DNA of 64,000 bases, from contig JAGVAE010000002.1 in assembly GCA_020060565.1 (NCBI GenBank), forward strand, positions 243,270 through 307,269, given 5' to 3'. A model generated the notes under the pieces. It was given only the letters and a program-made list of their open reading frames with translations, did no database searches and had not been told where the DNA came from. Both the position numbers and the translations under genes were made by a program. The stretch comes from Candidatus Woesebacteria bacterium (GTDB taxonomy: Bacteria > Patescibacteriota > Microgenomatia > UBA8517). Of the stretch, positions 49,570 through 59,038 are shown one piece after another (the stretch's first letter is position 1; each line of letters opens with the position of its first letter).

Positions 49570-50715
49570 TTATTTGTTGTATTCTGCGAGGGATGCTTTT
49601 TTGGAAATGGCAAATGCACCCATTCCTACAAGGAGGGCGACGAAGCTTGTGATGCCTCCAATTACGGGAACTATGGTGAGAACTACATAGATTAAAAGTG
49701 CTAAAGCATAACTAAGATATGGAGATTTGTTTGGTAATATCTTTGTCCCAAATGCAAATAGTGCAAAGATCTGAGCTAAATAAAGCATAACAAAATAAAG
49801 AACAAGTGTAATTAGAGCTATGGGGGCTCCAACTATTGTGATAAGAAGGATGATAAATAAGACTGGTGTCAAAAAGACTATTGCAAAGCCAATTCCCATA
49901 GACTTCCAAAAGTCAGATTTAACCACATCTGAGGTTTTAAACATAAACTTCTTGGAAAGCTTGATAAGAAGCATTCCACAAAGAAGGAGCGAAAGCATTC
50001 CAATTACCTTTCCTCCAAGCCCCACCACTCCCGCCATCTCTTTCATTTTGTTAAGATTGTTTTTCTGAGCATCAATATTAACAGGCATCTTATGTTCAAT
50101 TGTTTGTCCCTTAACTACTGAGGTTTGAGAAAGGGTTGGTTTTGTATCACTCCAGTATTCAAATTTACCTGCAATGTTTGCCTTTTCACTTAAGGTGATT
50201 TGTCCTGCTATTGCATCGAAATCTTTTAAGGCTTTACCGTTTAGTATTACTTCTCCTCCTGCCAAATCTACGTTGTCATTAATTTGTCCTTGGATATTAA
50301 TTCTTCCTCCCACTCCAACCAATGATCCTACAACGACTGCTTTATCACCAATTGTAATTTCTCCTCCAAGAACTGAAAGATTTTTACCTACTCTTCCTTT
50401 TACTGTAACCTGTCCTCCAACTACTCTTATATCTTCTCTAACATTTCCTGAGATTTCTACACTTCCACCTGCCACCAAAAGATCGCCATTAATGTTTCCA
50501 TCAATTAAAACTTTTCCTCCTGCTACATATGTGTCACCATTTACAGTTCCTGAAACATTCACATCTTCTCCATATGCAAAATATGGGTTGTGGGTAATGA
50601 TCTTTCCTTTTTCAAGTGAAACACTTTTTTGAATAGTGTCTTGTGCAGCTACCTTAAAAGGAAGTACTAAAACAACAAGTGTGGTAAGTAGTAGAGTAGA
50701 TAACAGTTTTTTCAT
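49570..50715 (-). CDS. Bactofilin-like beta-helix repeat membrane protein
   Basis: Signal peptide, repeated G.V.GD..VAGG.V.I units, C-terminal TM bundle. Confidence 0.75.
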   Translation of the reverse strand: MKKLLSTLLLTTLVVLVLPFKVAAQDTIQKSVSLEKGKIITHNPYFAYGEDVNVSGTVNGDTYVAGGKVLIDGNINGDLLVAGGSVEISGNVREDIRVVGGQVTVKGRVGKNLSVLGGEITIGDKAVVVGSLVGVGGRINIQGQINDNVDLAGGEVILNGKALKDFDAIAGQITLSEKANIAGKFEYWSDTKPTLSQTSVVKGQTIEHKMPVNIDAQKNNLNKMKEMAGVVGLGGKVIGMLSLLLCGMLLIKLSKKFMFKTSDVVKSDFWKSMGIGFAIVFLTPVLFIILLITIVGAPIALITLVLYFVMLYLAQIFALFAFGTKILPNKSPYLSYALALLIYVVLTIVPVIGGITSFVALLVGMGAFAISKKASLAEYNK

Positions 50716-50767
50716 ACATAATAATGGTAATACACATATTTTTTGCGGTCAATATATAATTGGTCAA

Positions 50768-51382
50768 ATGCTTGGAACAAATATTTTGGAAGAGGTGGGG
50801 TCAAAATATAATGGAACCTTGAGGGTTGTGAGAAGTTTTGGATTGGGAACTTATATTCAATCAGATGGATTAACTCAGTCTGGTGGAATTGTAGAGACCT
50901 TTTGGAAGCAGACTTTAAAACGAATTAAAAATTCAAAATTTAAAATTAAAAATTGTCTAGTCCTTGGTCTTGGTGGGGGAACTGTAGTAAAAATTATTAG
51001 GAAACTTTGGCCTGAGGCTAAAATTACAGGAATCGATATTGATCCTTTAATGGTTGAGCTTGGAAAGAAATATTTGGGACTGGATGAAACAAACCTTGAA
51101 ATAAAAATCCAGGATGCAGCAAAACCAATTCCTGGTAAGTTCTATCTGGTAGTTGTGGATTTATATCAGGGTGACAACTTTCCAAAAAAGTTCGAAAGCT
51201 CTGAGTTCAGTAGACTAGTCCACGGATATGTATCTAAGAAGGGGATCGTTATTTTTAATAGGCTTTATTACAAAGAAAAGAAAAAAATGGCTGAAGAATT
51301 TGGGGAAAAGCTTAAAGATGTTTTTAAGAATGTTCAGTATTATTACCCCGAGGCTAACATAATGTTTTTCTGCTACAATTAG
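50768..51382 (+). CDS. SAM-dependent methyltransferase (spermidine synthase-like)
   Basis: QSG, VLGLGGG, IDIDP, VVDLY; ATG at 50768 after TATAAT. Confidence 0.85.
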   Translation: MLGTNILEEVGSKYNGTLRVVRSFGLGTYIQSDGLTQSGGIVETFWKQTLKRIKNSKFKIKNCLVLGLGGGTVVKIIRKLWPEAKITGIDIDPLMVELGKKYLGLDETNLEIKIQDAAKPIPGKFYLVVVDLYQGDNFPKKFESSEFSRLVHGYVSKKGIVIFNRLYYKEKKKMAEEFGEKLKDVFKNVQYYYPEANIMFFCYN

Positions 51383-51387
51383 AAGTT

Positions 51388-54048
51388 ATGAATATATTTA
51401 GTAAGATTCTTGATCTTAATGCTAGAGAGATTGGTAGACTTCAGAAAGTAGTTGAAAAAATAAATTCTTTTGAAAGTAGTACTAAAAAGTTGAAAGATTC
51501 TGATTTTAAGAAAAAAACGGAAGAGTTTAAAAAACGTTTGGAAAAAGGAGAATCTTTAGATGATATGCTTCCTGAGGCATATGCTTTAGTTCGTGAAGCA
51601 TCGTGGAGAGTTTTGGGTAAAAGGCATTTTGATGTTCAAATGATGGCTGCTACTGCTCTTTTTGAAGGAAAAGTTGCTGAACAAAAAACTGGAGAAGGTA
51701 AAACCCTGTCTGCTGTCCCCGCGCTTTATCTTAGAGCTCTCACGGGGCGTGGTGTCCATTTGGTTACTGTTAATGATTACCTAGCCAGGCGTGATGCTGG
51801 ATGGAACGGACCCGTATTTCATCTTTTAGGGCTTACCATAGGGTCAATTATTCAGGAAACAAAATCGTTTATTTTTGATCCAGATTTTAATGATTCAAGC
51901 CATGGAGATGAAAGACTTGCACATTTAAAACCGAGTGACAGAAAGGAAGCATATGGTTGCGACATTCTTTATGGAACCAATAATGAATTTGGTTTTGATT
52001 ATTTGAGGGATAACATGGTTTCCTCTTTGGCTGAGATGGTGCAAAGAGGACACTACTTTGCAATAGTTGATGAGGTTGATTCTATCTTAATTGATGAGGC
52101 CCGTACCCCACTTATTATTTCAGCACCTGATACAGAACCAACTCAGAAATATTACAAATTTGCATCCCTGGTTGAGAAACTTAATTCAGATACAGATTTT
52201 AAAATTGATGAAAAAGCTAAGAGCGCAACTCTAACGGAGACAGGAATTACTCGAGTAGAAAAGATACTCGGAGTTGATAATCTATATGAGAAAGATTTTG
52301 ACTCAATTCATCATATAGAAAATGCCTTAAGGGCAAAGACTCTTTATATGAAAGATAAGGATTACGTTGTTAAAGATAACCAGGTAACAATCGTAGATGA
52401 ATTTACAGGACGTCTCATGGTAGGGCGCCGCTGGAGTGATGGACTTCATCAGGCTGTTGAGGCAAAGGAAAATGTAACTATTCAACAAGAAAGTAAAACT
52501 CTAGCAACTATTTCATTCCAGAATTACTTCAGAATGTATGAACACTTAAGCGGTATGACGGGAACTGCTGCAACAGAAGCTGAGGAATTTAGAAAAATAT
52601 ATAAATTGGATGTTGTGGTTATTCCAACTCACAGGGATATGGTTAGAAAAGACTTACCTGACACTATTTACAAAACCTTGCGTGGTAAATATGGTGCAAT
52701 AGTTGAAGATATTGGAGAACTCCACAAGAAAGGTCAGCCGGTTTTGGTGGGTACTACTTCAATTGAAAAGAATGAAATAATTTCTGAATATTTAAAAAGA
52801 AAAAAGATTCCTCACAATGTTTTAAATGCAAAGAACCACGAAAGGGAAGCAGAAATTATTGCTGAAGCAGGGAAGCCTGGAGCTGTAACAGTTGCTACCA
52901 ACATGGCAGGACGTGGAGTTGATATTGTTTTGGGAGGGGCGGAAGGGAAAGAGCGTGAGAAAGTGGTGGGAGCAGGAGGACTCCATGTAATAGGAACGGA
53001 AAGGCATGAAGCAAGACGTGTAGACAATCAGTTAAGGGGTCGTGCGGGACGACAGGGGGACCCTGGAAGTTCTCGCTTTTATCTTTCTTTGGAGGACGAT
53101 CTTATGAGAATTTTCGGTGGGGAACAAATTAGTGGAATTATGGACAAACTGAGTCTTCCCGAGGATCAGCCGATTGAAAATGGACTTATTAGCCGTGCCA
53201 TTGAACAAGCTCAAGTAAAAGTAGAAGGATTTCATTTTGATATAAGAAAACGTTTGGTTGAATTTGATGATGTTGCCAATCAACAAAGGGAAATTATTTA
53301 CACACTAAGGCGCAGAATTCTTGATTCAGGAGATGTTAAGGAAGAGGTTGTTGGAAAACTGAAACATCAAATAGAAAAAGCAGTTAATCTAGAAATAGAT
53401 TTATCAATTGCTCTTGCTGAGATAGTTCCTTTTGATGATGCTTCACTCAAACGTATAAAAAGTGAGATTGAAAAACAGGAGAACAAACAAGAATTTTTGG
53501 AAAAAGTATTAATGGATATTTATGAAAAAAGGGAAAAAGATGTGGGAGAAAAGACAATGCGCGAAGTTGAAAAGTATGCATATTTAGGTTCTATTGATCA
53601 TCTTTGGATGGATCACATTGATCGCATTGATGATTTAAGAGAAGGGGTGACTCTTCGTGCATATGGACAAAGGGATCCTTTAGTTGAGTTTAAGAATGAG
53701 GCATATAACATGTTTGAAACTTTGGTGGATAAAGTTGATGAGGAATTGTCTCATAGAATTTTTAGAATAGGTGTCGCCATCCCACAACCTGAAATTCCAT
53801 TAAATCTTGCAAGAGAAAATATTGATCAATCTGATAGTACTGGTTTGGTTGAGCCATCTAACCACTCAGCCATTAAACCATCTCTCAAACTTGGTCGCAA
53901 CGATCCATGTTGGTGTGGGTCTGGTAAAAAATGGAAAAAGTGCCATATAAATTCTGTACCACAGAGTGGACAAGAAAAGTATTTATTTGATCTATACATT
54001 TCAGACCATAAGAAATGGGAGGATGAAGTTAAGAAACTAAAAAGTTAA
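51388..54048 (+). CDS. secA: Preprotein translocase ATPase SecA
   Basis: KTGEGKT, VTVNDYLA, DEVDSILIDEARTPL, ATNMAGRG, QLRGRAGRQGDPG, SEC-C CWCGSGKKWKKCH plus a 33-aa tail. Confidence 0.98.
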   Translation: MNIFSKILDLNAREIGRLQKVVEKINSFESSTKKLKDSDFKKKTEEFKKRLEKGESLDDMLPEAYALVREASWRVLGKRHFDVQMMAATALFEGKVAEQKTGEGKTLSAVPALYLRALTGRGVHLVTVNDYLARRDAGWNGPVFHLLGLTIGSIIQETKSFIFDPDFNDSSHGDERLAHLKPSDRKEAYGCDILYGTNNEFGFDYLRDNMVSSLAEMVQRGHYFAIVDEVDSILIDEARTPLIISAPDTEPTQKYYKFASLVEKLNSDTDFKIDEKAKSATLTETGITRVEKILGVDNLYEKDFDSIHHIENALRAKTLYMKDKDYVVKDNQVTIVDEFTGRLMVGRRWSDGLHQAVEAKENVTIQQESKTLATISFQNYFRMYEHLSGMTGTAATEAEEFRKIYKLDVVVIPTHRDMVRKDLPDTIYKTLRGKYGAIVEDIGELHKKGQPVLVGTTSIEKNEIISEYLKRKKIPHNVLNAKNHEREAEIIAEAGKPGAVTVATNMAGRGVDIVLGGAEGKEREKVVGAGGLHVIGTERHEARRVDNQLRGRAGRQGDPGSSRFYLSLEDDLMRIFGGEQISGIMDKLSLPEDQPIENGLISRAIEQAQVKVEGFHFDIRKRLVEFDDVANQQREIIYTLRRRILDSGDVKEEVVGKLKHQIEKAVNLEIDLSIALAEIVPFDDASLKRIKSEIEKQENKQEFLEKVLMDIYEKREKDVGEKTMREVEKYAYLGSIDHLWMDHIDRIDDLREGVTLRAYGQRDPLVEFKNEAYNMFETLVDKVDEELSHRIFRIGVAIPQPEIPLNLARENIDQSDSTGLVEPSNHSAIKPSLKLGRNDPCWCGSGKKWKKCHINSVPQSGQEKYLFDLYISDHKKWEDEVKKLKS

Positions 54049-54056
54049 TCTCTACT

Positions 54057-55640
54057 TTATTCGGAAAAATAGACATTAATCTCGTTATTACCTGCTTCTA
54101 CTTTTTCTAACACGGTTCTCAAAAATTGTTTCTTTCCGAGGAAATCTAAAGTCTTCCAAAACCCGTCAAAGTCTTTGACTGCTTTCCATATTTTTTGTTT
54201 ATCTATCTTTTGTGTTTTTTGATTTTCTTGTCCCTCCGAATATTTTGTCTTCTCCGCAAGTAAATCTTTTTCCAGTTCTCTTAGACGACCTATAGCTTCA
54301 CCATATTCTTCAATATTTATTAACTCTCTTTCAAATGCCTCTTGTTGCTTTTGCCTCATGATTGGAATTTTACTTAATTCTTTTTCAACTCTGTCTAAAG
54401 GAGACTTTCTAGTCTTGGCATCTAAAGGTTTGGACGTTTCTTCGCTTATCAATCTTCTCATGGCAGGGCTGTTAAAGTAATTCCTGACTTGAGAAATAAC
54501 AGAATTTTCTAATTTACTTGCACTCATTACCCTCTGTTGACATTTGATTTTGCCATACATAGTGCCTCCACAACGGTATTCAGCTGTCTCGATATCTTTC
54601 CAATTGGGATTTCTTTTTGAATTTTTGATTCTGCGTTTACAGTAAGTAACACCATTTCCACACCTAATACATTTTGCTATTCCTGTAAGTAACCCCTTGG
54701 ACATTTGAGCCTTACCCTTATATGTTGTTCCTCTTTCTTTTAGGACTTTTTGGACACTCTCAAACAATTTCTCATCCACAATAGGTTTATGAATACCTTT
54801 AACTTCAATTCCTTCATGACCTCTCAACTTTTTTTGCTTTGAAACTTCATAATCTGCATGTCTCCATCCCCACCTCACATATCCAGCGTATGTTTTATTT
54901 CTCAGAATGTAAGAGATTACTTGTGAACTCCAATACGAACCTTTCTTAGGAGGTGTTACTCCTTCCTCGTTAAATCGTAAGGCAATAGTTCTTTTACCAG
55001 CACCAGCCTCACTCATTTGGAAGATTCTTCTTACGGTCTCAGCTTTCTCTTCCTCAACCTCAACCGATCTCAGTACTTTACCGTGTTCATCAAGCGAACG
55101 AACAATTTTATAACCATAAGGAACTTGATTAGGAATCTTGCCATTTGCAGCGATAGCGTTTTTAGCAAGCATCATACGTCTTCTAATTTTGTTACGCTCG
55201 ATTTCGCTCATAACGTCACTTACGCCTTCTACAACCAATCCAAGGTCATCATCTATCGGATCGTATTTCTTCGGGTCTCTAGGTTCAATAGGCGTTGCCA
55301 GAGAGTATGTTTGAATATATTGTCGTTTTAATGCATCTCTAATTTGTGAAGCTTTTACTTTTGAACGAGCAAGTCGGTCAAAATCTTTGACAACTACAAG
55401 ATCAAATTTGCCCGCTCTTGCGTCTGCTAATAAATTCTGCAAACCTGGTCTTTCCTCTAAAAGGTGTCCAGATATACCAGCATCTTGATATTCACATACA
55501 ATCTTCCAACCTCGCTCAATACATATCTTTTTACATGCTCCCAATTGTTCTTCTAATGACGTTTTATCTTCTTTGGCTTGTTCTTGAGTAGAGACTCTTG
55601 TGTAAATAACTGCTCGTATGTGGCCTGTAGTTTCATTCAT
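54057..55640 (-). CDS. Large serine recombinase (integrase)
   Basis: YTRVSTQEQ catalytic Ser, DRLAR, PYGY recombinase domain, zinc ribbon CIRC..YRC..C, coiled coil. Confidence 0.95.
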   Translation of the reverse strand: MNETTGHIRAVIYTRVSTQEQAKEDKTSLEEQLGACKKICIERGWKIVCEYQDAGISGHLLEERPGLQNLLADARAGKFDLVVVKDFDRLARSKVKASQIRDALKRQYIQTYSLATPIEPRDPKKYDPIDDDLGLVVEGVSDVMSEIERNKIRRRMMLAKNAIAANGKIPNQVPYGYKIVRSLDEHGKVLRSVEVEEEKAETVRRIFQMSEAGAGKRTIALRFNEEGVTPPKKGSYWSSQVISYILRNKTYAGYVRWGWRHADYEVSKQKKLRGHEGIEVKGIHKPIVDEKLFESVQKVLKERGTTYKGKAQMSKGLLTGIAKCIRCGNGVTYCKRRIKNSKRNPNWKDIETAEYRCGGTMYGKIKCQQRVMSASKLENSVISQVRNYFNSPAMRRLISEETSKPLDAKTRKSPLDRVEKELSKIPIMRQKQQEAFERELINIEEYGEAIGRLRELEKDLLAEKTKYSEGQENQKTQKIDKQKIWKAVKDFDGFWKTLDFLGKKQFLRTVLEKVEAGNNEINVYFSE

Positions 55641-55684
55641 ATTTATATTTTTAATTTTAGTGTGGTACAGGCAAGAATACAACC

Positions 55685-55882
55685 TTGACAAATAACCAGC
55701 ACAGTTATAGATTTAAGTTAATTAGTCTCAGCCGACTAATTAGAGTTTTCAAGGTAACTACCTAATAAACAAAAAGGAGGAGAGGCCTCCTAACCAAAAG
55801 GTTAAAGCTTCATAAGCACCACTTGTCGGCTCAGCGGAAACGCTGGGCTTTTTTAGTGCTTATGAAAATAAAGGTAGTTATC
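55685..55882 (+). promoter_or_regulatory. Promoter and multi-stem leader RNA with internal terminator
   Basis: TTGACA-17-TAGATT; hairpins; GCTCAGCG-GAAA-CGCTGGGC-TTTTTT terminator nested in longer stems. Confidence 0.65.
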
Positions 55883-55996
55883 AAACGGAAACCAAAAGTT
55901 GAAACCTTGCAGAAGGCTTTGAGTTTGTCGTTGGGATATCTACGCTCTCAATTGGAAAATTCCGATCTCCAAGTAGTTAAACCTACTGGTAGTTGA
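55862..55996 (+). CDS. Small basic hypothetical protein (44 aa)
   Basis: MKIKVVIKRKPKVETLQKALSLSLGYLRSQLENSDLQVVKPTGS*; start codon lies within a leader stem. Confidence 0.4.
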   Translation: MKIKVVIKRKPKVETLQKALSLSLGYLRSQLENSDLQVVKPTGS

Positions 55997-56032
55997 GAAA
56001 TTTTATCCTGTCCATAACAAACACAAAGCAAT

Positions 56033-56293
56033 ATGAACAATACGCAAAACAATACTTTCCAATCAACCGATCTCACATTTGTAGCATCCTGCCTACTTGT
56101 TAATAACGATATCCAGTTAATTGCTGTTACCCAGGATCATAAGGGAATTAGGGTTTTCCATCTTTCTCCAATCGGTAAAGTAAAGGGTTTACAAGTTAAT
56201 TATTCCCGTGGGGAAATTCTACTTTCTCCACTTGCTCTAGCTAATCAAATTAGGCAATTAAAAACCTGGCCAGTTACTAACTATGACTATTGA
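56033..56293 (+). CDS. Small DUF5659-like protein
   Basis: FQSTDLTFVASCLL...RVFHL pattern; coupled to the primase gene. Confidence 0.55.
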   Translation: MNNTQNNTFQSTDLTFVASCLLVNNDIQLIAVTQDHKGIRVFHLSPIGKVKGLQVNYSRGEILLSPLALANQIRQLKTWPVTNYDY

Positions 56294-57968
56294 AGAATAT
56301 TTTAGAGAACACAGCTTAAAAGAAGAAACAGCCAAACAATTTGGTTGGACTTGGAATGATAATGTAATTACTATTCCTATTTGTGACCCAGATGGTAACC
56401 TTCTCTACAATCGCTACAGACACCTAAATTACCAAGAAGAGAAAGCTAAGGGTAATCCAAGGGCATCTAAATTCTCAACTGACCCTGGTTCTCATCCTGC
56501 CTTATATGCTGTACATCTCGTTAAAGAAAAAGATACTGTTGTTCTGTGTGAAGGAGAACCAGATTGTGTAAGGCTTTGGCAGGAAGGTATACCGTCTGTG
56601 TGTGGAACTTCTGGGGTTAGAACTGTTGATAAAAAATTTACTTTACCACTAAGAGGAAAGAAAGTATTAATTGTTTTGGATACTGATGAAGATGGCCTTG
56701 AATCTATTGAGAAGTATTACAACATTCTTGTTGAGATCGGAGCAGAACCTTATATAAAGGAAATCCCACCTGAATATAAAGATGTGAGTGAGTATTTTAC
56801 CAATAGTCATACAGGCGAAGACTTTCTGAATCTTACTGAACTTGATTTAGATGATTGGCATATAAAACACGAGCCAGAAGAATTTAAGTGGGAATCTGCT
56901 GCTGATATTAGACAAAAAGAATTGCCAAAGGAAAAGTGGCTTGTTAACAAAGCTATTCCAATAGAGGGATTTACATTTTTTATAGGGCCAGAGGCTTCTA
57001 GCAAGTCGTACCAGTCACTTTCTATTGCGAAATGTGTTGTCACTGGTGAGCCATGGCTGCCCCAAAAACAAGACGAAAATGGTCAGCCTCTATTTAGGGT
57101 ACTTAAAAGAACTAGGGTTTTAATAATGGATAAAGAGTCAACCAAGCGTAGGATTCAAGATAGGTTGAGAGGATATGACATAAACACCAAGGACATTGAG
57201 TTTCTGGCTTATCCACAGAAGTTTGAGATTGCAGAAGTAAACAATACCAGAGAGGCTACAGAGTCAGGATATACTAAATTTTTTGAAAATCTTGCTATTA
57301 AAGTCAAAAAAAATGGTGTTGGGTTAATTATTCTTGACTCGTTTACGGACTTTTTTATTGGTGAAGAAAATGATAGAGGACATGTCCAAAAATTTTTTGA
57401 TTCCTTCCGCCAGATGTTTCCAGGAATAGCTATACTTTGTTTACATCATTCTTCAAAAATGCAACCTGGACAAAGAAAGCCAACATCTCAACTGGGTAGA
57501 GGTTCAACAAATATTATGGCTCAAGCATATACAGCCTTTCATTTTGAGCCTATCCGTAAGTCAAAGACTGAATTTACCGTGGAGCAAACCAAAGCTGGAG
57601 ATTCTTTAAAGCTAAATAAGTTTAAGATTGAATCTCAAATTATAAATGACCCGCTGAATAAAGGTGAGACATTGGTAACGAGCTTCGTATATTTATGTGA
57701 AGTGGATGATAAAACAGAGATTACAAGTGAGGCTTTTGATAAAGCAAAGGAAATTTTAGAAGCTGAAGGAAAAATGTTCAGAAAAGAGTTTGAATCTGAA
57801 ATGAAAGCCGAAGGCTATTCACCAAAGACTGTTACAAATATATTAAAGAGGCTGAAAGATGACGGTTTAATTAAAACAGATAGGAGTAAAGTTGAGGGGA
57901 GAACTAAAGAGATAGAGATTACTTGGCAATATGAAGGTGAAGTTGTTACAGATGATTTAGGTTTATAA
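56283..57968 (+). CDS. TOPRIM primase - AAA_25/RepA-type helicase fusion with C-terminal wHTH
   Basis: LCEGEPD, VLDTDEDG, YKDVSEY; WLV..IP, Walker A-like GPEASSKS, DKE, ILDS, LHHSSK, GRGST. Confidence 0.85.
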   Translation: MTIEEYFREHSLKEETAKQFGWTWNDNVITIPICDPDGNLLYNRYRHLNYQEEKAKGNPRASKFSTDPGSHPALYAVHLVKEKDTVVLCEGEPDCVRLWQEGIPSVCGTSGVRTVDKKFTLPLRGKKVLIVLDTDEDGLESIEKYYNILVEIGAEPYIKEIPPEYKDVSEYFTNSHTGEDFLNLTELDLDDWHIKHEPEEFKWESAADIRQKELPKEKWLVNKAIPIEGFTFFIGPEASSKSYQSLSIAKCVVTGEPWLPQKQDENGQPLFRVLKRTRVLIMDKESTKRRIQDRLRGYDINTKDIEFLAYPQKFEIAEVNNTREATESGYTKFFENLAIKVKKNGVGLIILDSFTDFFIGEENDRGHVQKFFDSFRQMFPGIAILCLHHSSKMQPGQRKPTSQLGRGSTNIMAQAYTAFHFEPIRKSKTEFTVEQTKAGDSLKLNKFKIESQIINDPLNKGETLVTSFVYLCEVDDKTEITSEAFDKAKEILEAEGKMFRKEFESEMKAEGYSPKTVTNILKRLKDDGLIKTDRSKVEGRTKEIEITWQYEGEVVTDDLGL

Positions 57969-58066
57969 CATTAGCAATAGTCGTGGTAACGTTGCCAATG
58001 TTTTTACTTGAGGCTAAATGGGGATGGTTAGTATTCGTTTTGGCATTTTGCTTGGTAAAAAGAAAG

Positions 58067-58121
58067 TTACTTTGGCACATTGGCATATACATATGTATAT
58101 GCCATGTGATTACCAAAGTAA
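58067..58121. repeat. Large imperfect palindrome with a perfect 24-bp core (ori candidate)
   Basis: TGGCATATACATATGTATATGCCA at 58081-58104 flanked by TTACTTTGGCA / TACCAAAGTAA. Confidence 0.7.
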
Positions 58122-58481
58122 TCTTTACTCCAAATTTTCTTTTATTTGGAAAATTTTTGTGAGATATGGCGAGCAAGGAACAAATAGTGTGTGGCTGTAG
58201 ACTACTTATATTTTCTGTCCAGCCCCACCCCCATGTATTTTCTAATTACCCAGAGACATATCAAATAAAGATGTACTGGTAGGTATTTCTTGTAAGATGG
58301 GTGGAGTATCTGTGTTTAAAATTTATTGTGCAAGCTTGAGATGGGGGGGAGACGTGTGATTTATTCAGAAATTTAGAGAAGGGGTAGCAAGGCGAGTGAA
58401 TAACCCCTACCGATAGGAAATAGCCCTTTTCTACAGCACAAAATGGCAATTTCGTCCACTACTATAAATGTTTTACCTAAT

Positions 58482-58709
58482 TTAGAAAGGAAGAATATCA
58501 GATGATTTTACATTAAGTACTTTAACTACTTTATAGAAAACTCCTAGCGAAGGGTTTACTTCGCCCCTTTCTATCTTGCTGTAATAGCTTGAATTGATAC
58601 CGACACGCACAGCAACCTCAACCTGAGTTTGTTGCTGATCCTCTCGTACTTTTTTGATTCTTCTTCCAATCTCCTTCCTAATATTGGTTGTAATGTAGTA
58701 ATCAGCCAT
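58482..58709 (-). CDS. XRE-family HTH transcriptional regulator
   Basis: IGRRIKKVR..TQVEVA..GINSSYYSKIERGEVNPSL. Confidence 0.92.
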   Translation of the reverse strand: MADYYITTNIRKEIGRRIKKVREDQQQTQVEVAVRVGINSSYYSKIERGEVNPSLGVFYKVVKVLNVKSSDILPF

Positions 58710-58810
58710 TAGCACTATTGTGCTAGAAATGATACAATTAGACTGTCTTTATAGTGCTAATTTAGCCTCAGTCTCAAGGCTAAAAAGTTTTGGCTCTGAA
58801 GGCAAAATTT

Positions 58811-59038
58811 ATGAGAAATCTAATCAAAAATAAAAAGCAACAGTTCATCTGGGTAGCCACATTTTTATTTTTGTTTTACACAAATGCACCTTTCGTTTTT
58901 GCTTTTTGTGTACTTATGGGAGCTATCGCCTTGTCGTGGATTTTTTCTGATCGGATAACCATGAAAGAGCTTAGGAAACAGATGAGGGAATCTGAGAGAT
59001 GGGAAGTAAAAAGACAAAAGTTTATTACTGGAAAATGA
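58811..59038 (+). CDS. Small membrane hypothetical protein
   Basis: Hydrophobic hairpin plus basic tail; ATGA overlap with the next gene. Confidence 0.55.
   Translation: MRNLIKNKKQQFIWVATFLFLFYTNAPFVFAFCVLMGAIALSWIFSDRITMKELRKQMRESERWEVKRQKFITGK

Noticed and set aside
50174-50632. 152-aa + strand ORF
   Set aside because: Antisense to the repetitive bactofilin-like gene; a low-complexity mirror
57946-58449. Short ORFs (76, 60, 62 aa) after the primase gene
   Set aside because: They overlap the palindromic/iteron region, lack start signals and have non-protein-like composition
58708-58761. TTAGCACT...AGTGCTAA as a second CIRCE
   Set aside because: Half-sites are about 32 bp apart rather than 9; more likely an XRE operator
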